From assembly GCA_964035545.1 (NCBI GenBank), contig OZ037769.1:15778633-15842632 (forward strand): a DNA stretch of 64,000 nucleotides, in the 5' to 3' direction. Both the position numbers and the translations under genes were made by a program. The stretch's first letter is position 1. The number at the start of each line of letters is the position of its first letter. Positions 12,993-25,100 of the stretch are shown in pieces. This stretch comes from Bugula neritina. Its lineage: Eukaryota; Animalia; Bryozoa. The notes under the pieces are model-generated. The model was not told the origin of the DNA. It did not search any database and saw nothing but the letters and a program-made list of their open reading frames with translations.

Positions 12993-15900
12993 ATGTCAAC
13001 TTACTACAGGTTCTCTAATGGAGTGCCAACATGGAACAGGTACTCTTCTGACATGTCAACTTATAACAGGTTCTTGTCATCTAGGTGGCCTGATCGGTCT
13101 AGCAGGTATGTGATTGGCTAGAAACTTGTTAATAGAAAACTGGGGAAAATCGTGTCATGCATAACATAAATAAACTTTCAAATTGCTTGTGAAAATTTTG
13201 TTAGTCTAGCCTACATTCTGACTGCTTTTAATATCTTTAGATCTAGCACTAAGCCCGTGAATAGATACCCATCAGGCAGTACCTTAGGCTACAGTAGTCG
13301 TTCAACATGGAGATCTCCCAGTCGCTACACTCCTGAACCTTCCAGCACCCCCTCAGCGTTCCCCACTGTCCATCCTTCTCCTTCCAGCTACAATAGCTCC
13401 TCTACTATTGGCTCTCATCCTGCTTATTCAACCAATGGCATCTCTCCTACCAGACATGTTACTTTTTCTGACGAATCGCCTAAAACTGACCGGCCCAAAC
13501 CACTGGCCCGGTCCACTAGATATCTCATTGATCCACACACTTTGGGCCCAATTGACGGTAAGATTATTTGTATATTGACTTGACTTCATAAATCGTCACA
13601 ACTAATCCAATATTTCTCTTTTTATACGTTGGCTGCAAGTTAGGTTAAGGATGACGAATTAAATTGAAATTTAAATTTTATTCCATTAGATGGTTACAAG
13701 ATATTTTAGCAGAAGAATTATGCATAGTGATAACTCATGACTCATATAGCACCTGGATTTACAATATTATTTAGAGAATTCCAATGTAGAGTCTGAGAAA
13801 GAAAGTCAGCCTTATTTAGAGATACAGGAAGTTGATTTGTTGATTAGTGAGAATTCCCGAGGGCATCATACAGACAGGTGAGTTCACTTACTGTTAGTCA
13901 CCTTGTTGTGAGTCCATTTGTTACACTTACACTGATCTCTAGAGAGTTACACTGAACTCTTCACAGTTAGACTGAGCTCTGTACACAGTTACACTGAGAT
14001 CTACAAACATATAGCGGGCTATAAATGAACTATTGGACACACCAGTTAATTACTACAATGTTTGTTGTTCACAGGATATGGCTATGTTATGATGTATAAT
14101 CGTGTCACGTATTACAATATCTAGTCTATAGCAGATATAAAACCTGCATAAACCTGCATACATGATGAATATCTCTATATTTGCTTGTCCTAATATTGGG
14201 CCATATTTCAGTTGGTGAACTGTTGGGTTGTAAGATGCTTCATTTAGTACCAAATTGTACATCAAATTACTTTTCTATTAATAGATAGTGGGGGTTATAA
14301 ACTACCAATATTGTGTTTAACCCTCAAATGATCTGCTGTGATGTTTTAAACAACTAAGGCTATTATCTGTGAAGCCAAGGCTATTTTTAGATTATTGGAC
14401 CTGAAGCTATCAGCATTAAAGCAAACTTATAAAATAAACTTTTGCACAGCCATCCAATAATGATCATTGCTTTTTTTCTTATGTTTTAAATAACACTATC
14501 TATTATCTAATGTGAGTTCATAGAGGATTTGAGTTGTAAGAAAGATTTAGCATAATGTAATACAATATAATATAATACATTATAATACAATATAATGTAA
14601 TGTAATACAATATAATATAATACATTACAATATAATACATTATAATATAATACAATATAATATAATACAATATAATATAATACATTATAATATAATACAT
14701 TATAATGTAATACAATATAATAAAATACATTATAATATAATACAGTATAATAAAATACATTATAATATAATACAGTATAATAAAATACATTATAATATAA
14801 TACACTATACTGCAATACAGTATAGTATAATACACTATACTGCAATACATTATAATATAATACAATATACTGTAACACAATGTTATGTAATGCTGCCAGG
14901 TACGAGATGACTGAGGAAAGCTACATAGATGACATCACAGGAAGTGTTTGCACTGCTAATCTGATTATACGCAGAGGTCAAGAGTTCAAGGTTAAACTAC
15001 GACTAAACAGACTGTATGGAAAGGGAGATAAAATCAGGGTGGAGGCTTGCTTCGGTATTGTATCCTCACACATGACTAGATAGTTACAGACTGTTGCTAA
15101 GAAATGGTGATATAATGAAATTTATTGGACTTGTTAATCACATCCATTAATTTCTCCTCAAGTTAATCATGTATGCTTAGTGCCTGCTGTTTCTAACAGA
15201 TTGGCTTTAAAGTATTTATTTTAGGCTTGAAGATTTTTAAAGAAAATAGTACTTTCTTAGCTGAAACTTTTTAGTATTTCAAAATGGTGTAGTGAGAAAT
15301 AGCTGTCCTAAAATCTTTGTTAGACTGAAAATTGTGGTATATTTGTAAGAAAAGAGTTTGTGAATTTTTTAGCTAAGCTATTTCTGATTCTAGATTCTTC
15401 TGTATACACAGTTTGTTATACACTTGTCTCCAAATTTCACTTCTATTCTTTACATAGTCTGCTATACACTTGTCTCCAAATTTAACTTCTATTCTCGACA
15501 TAGTCTGCTATACACTAGTCTCCAAATTTCGCTTCTATTCTTGACATAGTCTGCTATACGCTTGTCTCCAAATTTTACTTCTATTCTCTACACAGTCTGC
15601 TATACATTTGTCTCCAAATTTCGCTTCTATTCTTGACATAGTCTGCTATACACTTGTCTTCAAATTTTACTTCTATTCTTTACATAGTCTGCTATACACT
15701 TGTCTCCAAATTTAACTTGCTGTGTTGCAGGTGCTGAGCCGATGGTTAGCAAAGGTACGTATGCCCAGGTTATGGTTGGGGATTCTGTTACTGATGGCTG
15801 GTACGCTAGGAAACTTTCTGCTAACCATACAGAGGTGAGTTCATAGCTCTAGCGTTGTGTAGGTGCACAAGATCTCCTTGTAAACTAGTGCAATGCAATG

Positions 15901-18900
15901 ATGTTTGTTAGCCTAGGGCCACACTGTGCGTATTTTCGCATGCGAAAATTAAAATCACAAGTAGCAAAGGTGTCCACTGTAGCGTCAGTGATGCGTGATA
16001 AATAAAGCTTTCATTTTTAAATCGCACTCGCTTTCAATTAAACGCAATTTACTGGAATGTAGCACTAAATAAAGAAATTGGGCTCGCTGAATAGCTACCA
16101 GCCAATTAGGTGACGACGACAGAGACGATTCGCACTTGCGAATGTTTTCTCAACGCGCACAGTGGACACCTTTGCTACTTGTGATTTCAATTTTCGCATG
16201 CGAAAATACGCGCCGTGTGGCCCTAGGCTAAGTCTGTAATAGTTTTTATATGAGTTGAATAGCTTGTGTGTCTTCCATGTTCAACTTACTTACACTCTAA
16301 CTGAATAGCTTATGACTTTTGCTGCAGGTTGCCTTTTATGTAGTAATTAAAAATTGTCTGCACTTTTAATTTAAGCAACCATCTGTTGCTAAGCAACGTA
16401 TGAACTGCAGCTGTAAAACATTTGCAGGTCACATAAAGAGAACATTGATAAACACTTGTATACTTTCACTATTTAGTGTGTTGTTTGAAATACTTTAAAC
16501 TGTGTTTGGAAACAGTACCAGTCATTGACCAATTTTTTAAATTTGCCAAAAGTTGTTAAGTAGATTGTAGAACGTCAATTTCCTGTGTGAATTTGTTTCC
16601 TTAGTGATGGAGTGTTACGTTAGTTACCAACACTGGATCCCATACGCTTTGTGCTGTAATCTAGTTGTTGTTGGCGTGTGTAAAAGATAGTTAAATAGAG
16701 GTTACTATGGGATTTAATTATAGCGTGGCTTGTGTAATGTTGTGCTACATTTTTGAACTTGCTCTGTTAATTTCATTGGTTTATTTATATTTCGTTTTAA
16801 ACTATTTCTGGCCAGCAAAAAGAGTAACATTAGCTAGTGTATTTGGTAGTGAATTATATAATCATTAGCATTATTTATATAATAAGGAGAAATGTTGTTT
16901 TATTTAAATGATACTGAAATATAATATGCTAATGCAATTTACAAGCTTATACAAAATATGAATAAATATTTATGTTTTGCGCCAGACAATATTATGACTA
17001 GAATTTGTCTTATATTTGTTTCTAATTATTGCTGGCAACCAGATTAAAGAAATAATACTGTGGAAGATGAAGGACCTTGACAGAACTTTTAACAACTAAA
17101 CTGCACTAAAACAGAAATAGTTTTTTAAATGAACAGGGAATTATCTTCTCATGCCCATATTTTAGTTGATTCTGGCGATAAAGTCCCCAGCTAATTGTGC
17201 TGTTGGAAGATGGAGTTTCATCTTTGACTCAGTGAACACAAATGAGAATGGAGAGCTGATGGAGCTGATGCAGGGGCCAATCACGTGCTCTGCTTTTATA
17301 CTTTTCAATGCCTGGTGTGAAGGTACAGAGTAATATTTGTTCATGTTATATGTCTAGTAGTAGCGGCAGTTGGTGAACTGAATTAAAACATTTAATTTGC
17401 TCATTTAATTTATTGAGTACTATATGACAGGTAAATCTTGTTTGCAGACGACGCAGTATATTTGAAGAATGGTGACTGGGCTGACGAGTATGTGTTGAAT
17501 GACACTGGGAAAGTGTACCGAGGCAGTGCTAAGCAGGTATTCCCAGTCTATTAGTTCGCGGAAATTTCACTGTTTATTTTAAACTATGAAGACTGTATAC
17601 TGTATACTGGTATGTTAGTCTTAGCTACTATGAACAGATATGCTATTCTATTAAAAAATAGTCTGTGAACACAGTAACACTTTATTACAGTAATACTATA
17701 ATACAGTAACATTGTAATACATTATTACTGTAATACTGTATTACAGTGTTATTGTATTACCGTTATTAGTTGTACTGCATTACTGTTTGGTTATATTGTA
17801 AACTACTAAACCAAGGAATTGTGTTGATGTAATATAAAGTTGTTGTATACAGATTATTGGAAAGCCTTGGAACTTTGGGCAGTTTGAGAGCGTTAGTCTA
17901 CAGGCAGCTCTGTTCCTATTGGACGAAGTTTCATCCCTGGCATCGACAGCGAGGGGAAACCCAATAATCCTCAGCAGGAAACTCTCGGCTCTGGTATGTT
18001 ATACTATGATATGCCAATGCTTATTCGCTAGTGCAATGTATGCCAGCTCGTTATTGGCTACTCGTTATTTCAATACTCTATTACTGATTATTATTGGCTG
18101 TCAGGTAAACTCTCAGGATGATAACGGAGTGCTGGTCGGCAGCTGGACAGGTGACTATTCTACAGGAACTCCACCCGACAGCTGGTCAGGAAGTGTGGCT
18201 ATCCTTAAACAATATATGCAAACCAAGTCTTCTGTGAGTAGATATATTATCTTGATAAAACTGTTATTGTATTGGTACATCTGTATGTGGGCAAGGCATT
18301 GGTAAAGTTGTTATTGTAGTTGCACATTGGTAAGTATAATATGTTGTTTTGGTCTTAGATTTACATGTAAACTTTGCTTTCAGGTAAAGTTTGGACAGTG
18401 TTGGGTATTTGCTAGTGTATTGACTACGGTATTCAGAGCTATTGGAATCCCAGCGAGGCCAGTTACTAACTATCTATCTGCTCACGATACTGACGGTAGT
18501 CTGACTATTGACTGTCACTACAACTCTGACGGCGAACCTCTGACAGGTGAATAGTGACTGTGTACTCACAACTCACAGTAAAAAGTGTCACTATGTACTC
18601 ACTACTCTTAGTAAATAGTGTCACTGTTTACTAACTTTTCACCATAAATAGTGTACTGACTACTTGCAGATGAATGTGTTTAGTGTGTTTTTGTTGTAGA
18701 TTTAGTCAGTAACTTTAAAGTGAATTATAATGCACTATAATGCAATCTATATATTATATAATAACTAGTATATTGTCTATATATAGCTATCTTAGTTATT
18801 TCTTTGACACTTATGCTATGCCATTCACAAGTCTCACTATAACATATGAGTGGTTATTCAGAGTTGAACAGGGATTCCGTGTGGAACTTCCATGTTTGGA

Positions 18901-21692
18901 CGGAGGCGTGGATGACTCGACCCGACCTAAAGCTAGGTTATGGTGGATGGCAAGCAGTAGACTCAACACCCCAGGAAACTAGTGATGGTGAGTAGATGGC
19001 GCTACTATCATACTGATAAATTTTAGTCACTAATTCCCACGGTGTCATCCCAGATAGACTCTATTTATTTATTTTGGTACAATATATATTTTACGTGTAG
19101 TTTAATTAAATATTATTGAAATATACGTACCTATATTTATTAAATAAACTTGGATCAATTGCTTGTTATTTAGCACATAAATAAATTCAGTTGACCAGCA
19201 TTAACTTATTAATGTTGCATTTTTCACACTTCTTGTTGTTTGCAAAGATGTTTTATTAATAAGTATTCTTTAAAGATAATTTCCATTAATAACTTATTAC
19301 TGTTTTTATTCCACACAAATGAGTGAAAATTGGAATATTATTCCAGATAATTCATGTTAGCTATTATAGCTATTACTATTAGCATATTAGCTATTTAGCA
19401 ATCAATACAACATTTATATCTAGGTATACGCAGGTATAATACTATATATGGTACCAAAATAATAAGAAATAGCGATGGGATGAAGCCATTCCCACAATAT
19501 ACCAATAGCTACTTTATAATAAAGTAGCTATTGGCCGTATGGTTTTACATGTGTGAAGTTTTTTCCTTGCGTTGCATAAGCTACTATGTTATATTTTATA
19601 CCCAATTCCTAACTTGGACAGCTTTAATGACATGATTATTAAAAGAAAATATTTTCTTCGTAAGATGTAATTATCTAAATAGTGTCAGTAAGAATTGCTG
19701 GGTTAGAGTCGGACAATTTCAACATGAAATGTGATATTCTAATGTTTGTGATGCCATATTTTAGGAGTGTATCGCGCAGGACCAGCTTCAGTGGCAGCCA
19801 TTAAAAATGGAGACGTTGGCACTCTGTACGATACTCCTTTCTTATTTGCTGAGGTGAATGCGGACAGAATTCATTGGTTCAAAATGAATGACGGCAGAAT
19901 ACAGAAGCAGTTTGAGAAAGATATGTGAGTTGGTAGAGGTGTACTTGCATGGTTAGTTCGAAGCTACTAATACGATAGTATTTATATATAAAACACACGC
20001 AGCCAATATGCTAACATTAAAATAATTTATGATTAGCCCGACTAAAACACAATTTTGTTGATTCAATTATTAAACTTATATAATAAAAATAATTTAAGAC
20101 TATATTGTTTGTGTGATTTCAGTGTTGGCAAGAATATAAGCACTAAGGCTATAGGTTGGAGGCTATCCTCATCGCCCCACTTTTCTGACAGAGAAGATCT
20201 TACTATGCAATACAAACACCCGGAAGGCAGCACTTTAGAGAGAGCTGCCGTGTGGAGAGCGTCGTCCATGTCAACTAAACCAAACATGTACAGTGAAAAC
20301 GAGAATAACGATGATGTCACCATAAAAATAGCAGACGTTGAGGACATCACTTTCGGTAATGACTTTCAGTTGCCCGTCACATTGAAGAATAACTCCTATT
20401 CTGAAAGGACGGTCAACATGATGGTTTCACTCTATTCCATCTTCTACACAGGAATTATCTGCAGAAAATTGAAGAAACTATCATTTCAATGTGTGATACC
20501 TGCCAACTCAGGTAATCTTATAGCTCTATTGTAAAAGTTTTGCACTAAATATACAGCCTTTTTCTCAAGTTATCATCACCTCCAAGTAAAGGTTTTTATT
20601 GCAGTAATTTGCAATTTCAGTTTTCTATCATTATCTAATATGATTAGCTTGATTGAAATAAGTTATGTTAGTCATGTGATGTGTTACCTAAACTGTAGCA
20701 AAGCAATGTATGGTGCCTGTGAGTGCCAACGACTACATCAACCAAATGGCTGATCATAATCACGGGATGAAGGTAAACTACGTGTGCTCAGTGTTGGAGA
20801 CCAAGAGAGTAGTTGCTGTTCAAGATGATTTCGTTTTAACATTGCCAACACCAGAGCTGGTAGTGGTAAGTTTAATTTAGCTGACTTCTCAGTTAGACTA
20901 GTTGATGTTTTCTTGTGCTTCTTATTAGTCTATGAATGCAAATGATGCGTTTTTCTTGTATACTATGCTAGCGCTGGAAATATGTTACTGTTTTCATACT
21001 GAAAAAATGAAAATCGTAATTTTAGCAAACCAAGTTTGTCAGACAAGTTAATGTTTCTGGTGTGTTGGTTTACCATAAAATTATTTGCTATTGTAGCTAC
21101 AATGCAGAGCATTTCCTATGCAAGCATTTCCTCTAAATAAATATTTATTTATTAATGATGGGTAAGCTGCCTTATGTATATATGAAAAGGGCACAGTTGC
21201 TACTAATACATTTGCCCACCCTTAATAAATATACTTATTTTAGTCCAAGAAACAAGTCATGGTTGGAGGGGAGTTTGAAGTTAGCATAAGTGTGAGAAAC
21301 CCACTGAAGAAAAAACTTACAGGTTGCCAGTTTACGTTCGAGTCTGCTGGAAATATCAAACCTACCACAGTTTATGCTAGGTAGGCCCCTCTATCTTAAA
21401 GAGAGTGTAATGATTGATAGTGGAGCATACTGTATTATATTGGAAAAATCATTATTTATCAACAATTAAAATTTTTGTGATACTCAATGACTACCCAATT
21501 TAATAATTAGCACTACATTTGCTTCATGTTCCAATCTCAAATGATTTTAGTGACATCCCTACCAACCATTCAGCAGCAGCAAGATGTGTGGTGACAGCTA
21601 AGAGAGCAGGTCAGTGTGTGCTGATTGCCTCGTTCCTCTGTGATGAAATGGCGAGTGTTCAGTCTCAATGTGAAGTGGAAGTTTTAAGATGA
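12993..21692 (+). CDS. TGM: Protein-glutamine gamma-glutamyltransferase (transglutaminase; annulin/TGM1-like), 863 aa
   Basis: 16 exons: 12993-13105, 13241-13557, 13775-13877, 14900-15054, 15731-15834, 17166-17322, 17448-17536, 17853-17993, 18105-18233, 18384-18546, 18862-18987, 19765-19924, 20123-20511, 20699-20865, 21244-21380, 21551-21692 (2592 nt, in frame). Motifs HHTD.Y, LIIRRGQ.F, LFNAWC, WNFGQF, catalytic GQCWVF (Cys), WNFHVW (His), [11 protein letters not shown] (Asp), YKHPEGS, and two C-terminal beta-barrels. The first exon and start codon are the least certain part. Confidence 0.95.
14550..14890. repeat. AT-rich pentamer-based satellite (TATAA/TACAA/TACAT)
   Basis: Ends at the TGase exon 4 acceptor; source of the YYIVL-type ORFs at 14507-14880. 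Confidence 0.85.
15395..15716. repeat. 46-bp minisatellite (TAGTCTGCTATACACTTGTCTCCAAATTTTACTTCTATTCTTTACA)
   Basis: About 7 copies abutting the TGase exon 5 acceptor. Confidence 0.9.
15911..16228. mobile_element. MITE (non-autonomous DNA transposon), 318 bp, about 70-bp TIRs, flanked by TA
   Basis: Left TIR GCCTAGGGCCACACTGTGCGTATTTTCGCATGCGAAAATT...GGTGTCCACTGT (15911-15980) is the reverse complement of 16159-16228 with 3 mismatches. TA at 15909-10 and 16229-30; no ORF. Confidence 0.9.
19041..19487. mobile_element. Old MITE with GG...CC termini and an 8-bp TSD
   Basis: Degenerate TIRs GGTGTCATCCCA...CTATTT.TT.TTTTGGTAC.ATATATA versus TATATATGGTACCAAAATAATAAGAAATAG...TGGGATGAAGCC. Exact TSD ATTCCCAC at 19033-19040 and 19488-19495. 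Confidence 0.75.
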
Positions 21693-22134
21693 AACCTCCA
21701 CAGGATCTGATGACGCTATTTTAACCGACAGCTCTGGCTTTGGTGATTGATAAAATACTCTAATTATTGATAAGAAAGAAATTATAAAAAAGGTTTGCAA
21801 TTGTTGAAATAATTAGATTTAAACTTGAAAGCTAAAACAATAGATAACCTTCATATTTTCATAGACTATAATATAAAACTTTAGTAAATCTCATTCCAAC
21901 TGTTCTTCATAAAACAGTATAATGTATTATTGCTTATAAATATATTTGCTCTTGACATTTGAAGCTTTATATTATTCCAAAACATATTTATTTATGTTTA
22001 TTTACTAAAAATTTCACTTTTAAAGCTGTGTTGAAAACATAATAAATAATGATTGAACAGAAGAGTATGTTGTGTAACACCAGAACATCAGATGTAACCA
22101 ACAAGCGGTAATGAGTTTCCTTACAGTCTGAAGG

Positions 22135-25100
22135 TCAAACTTCTTGAAAACTCATGGATTCCCAGGTTGGAGACAAAACACCGTTATCCCTCTCTATGAA
22201 CTGCACATCCTCGTCAGAACTGAACAGCTCGTCAACTTTAGCATTAAACTTGACGCCACGTTTCCCACTGGTATGAGAATTCTTAGGTGTCCCGTATTCT
22301 TGAGAGAAGGGAGAATGTTTACAGGCTACGTCTCGCATTTGACTCGAGTTCTGAGATGAATTGTCATAATCCATTGCGGAGAGAAAATGATCTTCTCCCG
22401 ACACACCTAAACTGACAGAACCTTGTCTATTGTAACTAACCGGTTGACAGAGAGCTACCTTTCTACTTGGAGTTGTCTGACCTGTAAAGTTATTAGATGA
22501 CGCAGCAACTAGCTTGGAGTCGTCTCTTGTCATCCAGTTAGATGATTGGCTAGCAGCTTGACCTATAAAACACATAAACCTAAGATTATGGGAAGAGTAT
22601 GAAACATAAAATAAATGCAAGAGTATAGCAAGAATTTAAAGCATATAAATCGAACAAAATGGTAGAATAGGCAACATAATACAAATCTAACTTATTACTG
22701 TAAGAATTTAAGAACACAAGATCTTTTAGAAACCTTACCTACAATTTTACTCACCTGCACTGGATGGACTGTGTAACTGGGAGAGAATGGAAGGAGGTAC
22801 ATGTGTCTTTCCAGATTGTCTCACTCTGGGAGACTGGAGTTTGGACAGGACAGCAGCCGATTTAGCCTGTGAGGCAGCTGAGAGTTTTGAGGTGCTGCCC
22901 TATAACAAGACACAATAACCAATCAAATCATGTGTTACATGTTCTGTTGGAATATAAAATCATATCTTATGACTGCACACATACAAATAAAAATTATGCC
23001 TCTTGCACCACAGTTTTCCATAACACAATAAAATACTTTTTAACAAGTATATAATAAGATATTATATAATATATACCTAAGACATATTATATAATACACA
23101 CCTGTGTATAGTGCTGTGAAGGCACGTAATGTTTACTAGTTCTGGTATCATCCTGTGAGAGAGTAGAACAGATTTCCATTGGCTGTTGCTGATTGGTAGA
23201 AGAGACAGCAAGGGGAGGGTATCTACTCTTCACTTTCTTCTACACACAGAAATGAGAAAGTAGAGATCTGTTTCACTGCACAGCTGACTTTAATGTGTAA
23301 CAGATATCACCTTCACATGGCTATCACAAATCTTATTCTTAGTAAAGTGTTATGTTGATAACAGGTGAAAATGTTATGTGATTAAGCAAATTCAGTAATT
23401 TAGCCACTTACCTTGAGTTTTAAAACTTAGAGACAAGCTTTAATTTTAACAAGGTTTTAGTTAACAACCTAATTTGGCAAAGCTAAATTAACACCCTTTA
23501 TTTCATATGATATGAATGCAACTTAATATAAAGCAAGCATTATATGAACACCACAAAAAGCTACTTTTACATGTAGGTGCCAGGTCATACAATATTAATT
23601 GTAGTGTTCTTAAACTTGATATTTCAAGATGAATGAACTAAACTATCGGAAAATAAATGAAACTTAGCCTTGCTTATATACCCTACTTAGCAAATAGCCA
23701 TGTAGGCTTTAAATAATAAAAATAATTAGAAAAATCATTAGATACAAAACAAGATACAGACACAGTGTAAAGCACAGCAAGCTATTGTAACTAGGAGAAA
23801 GCTCTAGAGTCTAGACGCATATAGTACAGCAAGTAAAGGCAACTTAGTGCATACTGTGGCAGTGTTGGAAGAGGTGAGAGGTCGTCTCTTGTTTGATAAT
23901 CTCTTTGGTAAGAGAGTTTTAGTTAGACACTTTACCAGACCAGCTTCCACTAAGTCATCTAGATTATCTTTCACCTTCACCTACAACATGTATACTATAC
24001 AATATAATACATGTGTAGTATATACTGTATACAGTTTTCTTATTATTTATACTATATATATTCTAAATATAGATGTTTTGATATTTGTACATTCTTGCAT
24101 CAATTATGCTTTTCTGTATCTTTTTGAATACCAATTTTAGACTTCAATGTTCGAAAGTAAACAGCAAATAACAATGAAGTCCATGCTCAACATATTATAC
24201 TTTCCAGTTTTCCTTAACTTGTTCACAACTATATACCTAAACAAGAAACTAGATGTATGTTCTACTCTTCCCTCCCCTATGTCACTACAACTATAACAGT
24301 CACTATGACTCACAGACTTAGAAAAGTGACAAAATCAGCTATTATTTTTAATATTTATTGTTTTATGGTAAAAAATTAGACCTGTGCAAATCTATAGCAA
24401 CATAACAAGCATCATTCATGTTCCCCTTTCAATGAAGTGGAACAACATGAATACATTTATTCTGGTATATGCTGAGTAAATACCTTCTTCAAAGCCATCT
24501 CCATGTCTATCTTCACCTGGTAGTTCACATCAACTTCCTGTTTGACACGAGAAAGTGTCTGATACAGCAGCAACTCCTGGTAGGACACGTGGTGGATGAG
24601 CAGGCAGTGTGTAGTTGGGAATATACAGTAATAGGGTAATGGCATTGCGTCATCCTCAGCACTGCACTGCTGCAGCTGGCATATGAGGGCCAAGTTCTGT
24701 TATTATATACAACAATATATGTGCTATAGTATATAATATATGACACAGTATATAATATACAACACAGTATATAATATAGACACGAGACACACACCTGCTG
24801 CTGAAGAGTAGAGTGAAGAGCAGAAACGTGAGATTTATTGACTTCCAGCTCGTCCCAGTCTATCTTCCAGCACTGTGTGGCCTCTAACACCATTGGCTGT
24901 GAAAGAGAGACTGCAGTGTGACTTGAGTAAATACTTGAAGTAACTTGAGTAAATACTTGAAGTAACTTGAGCATATATATACTTGAGATAGCTTGAGTAT
25001 ATAATTAAGGTGATCTAATCTCCACGTTGTGATACAAGATATAATATGGCAGTTATCTTCACTTTACCCATAAGTAAATTATTGATATTATTATGGTTGA

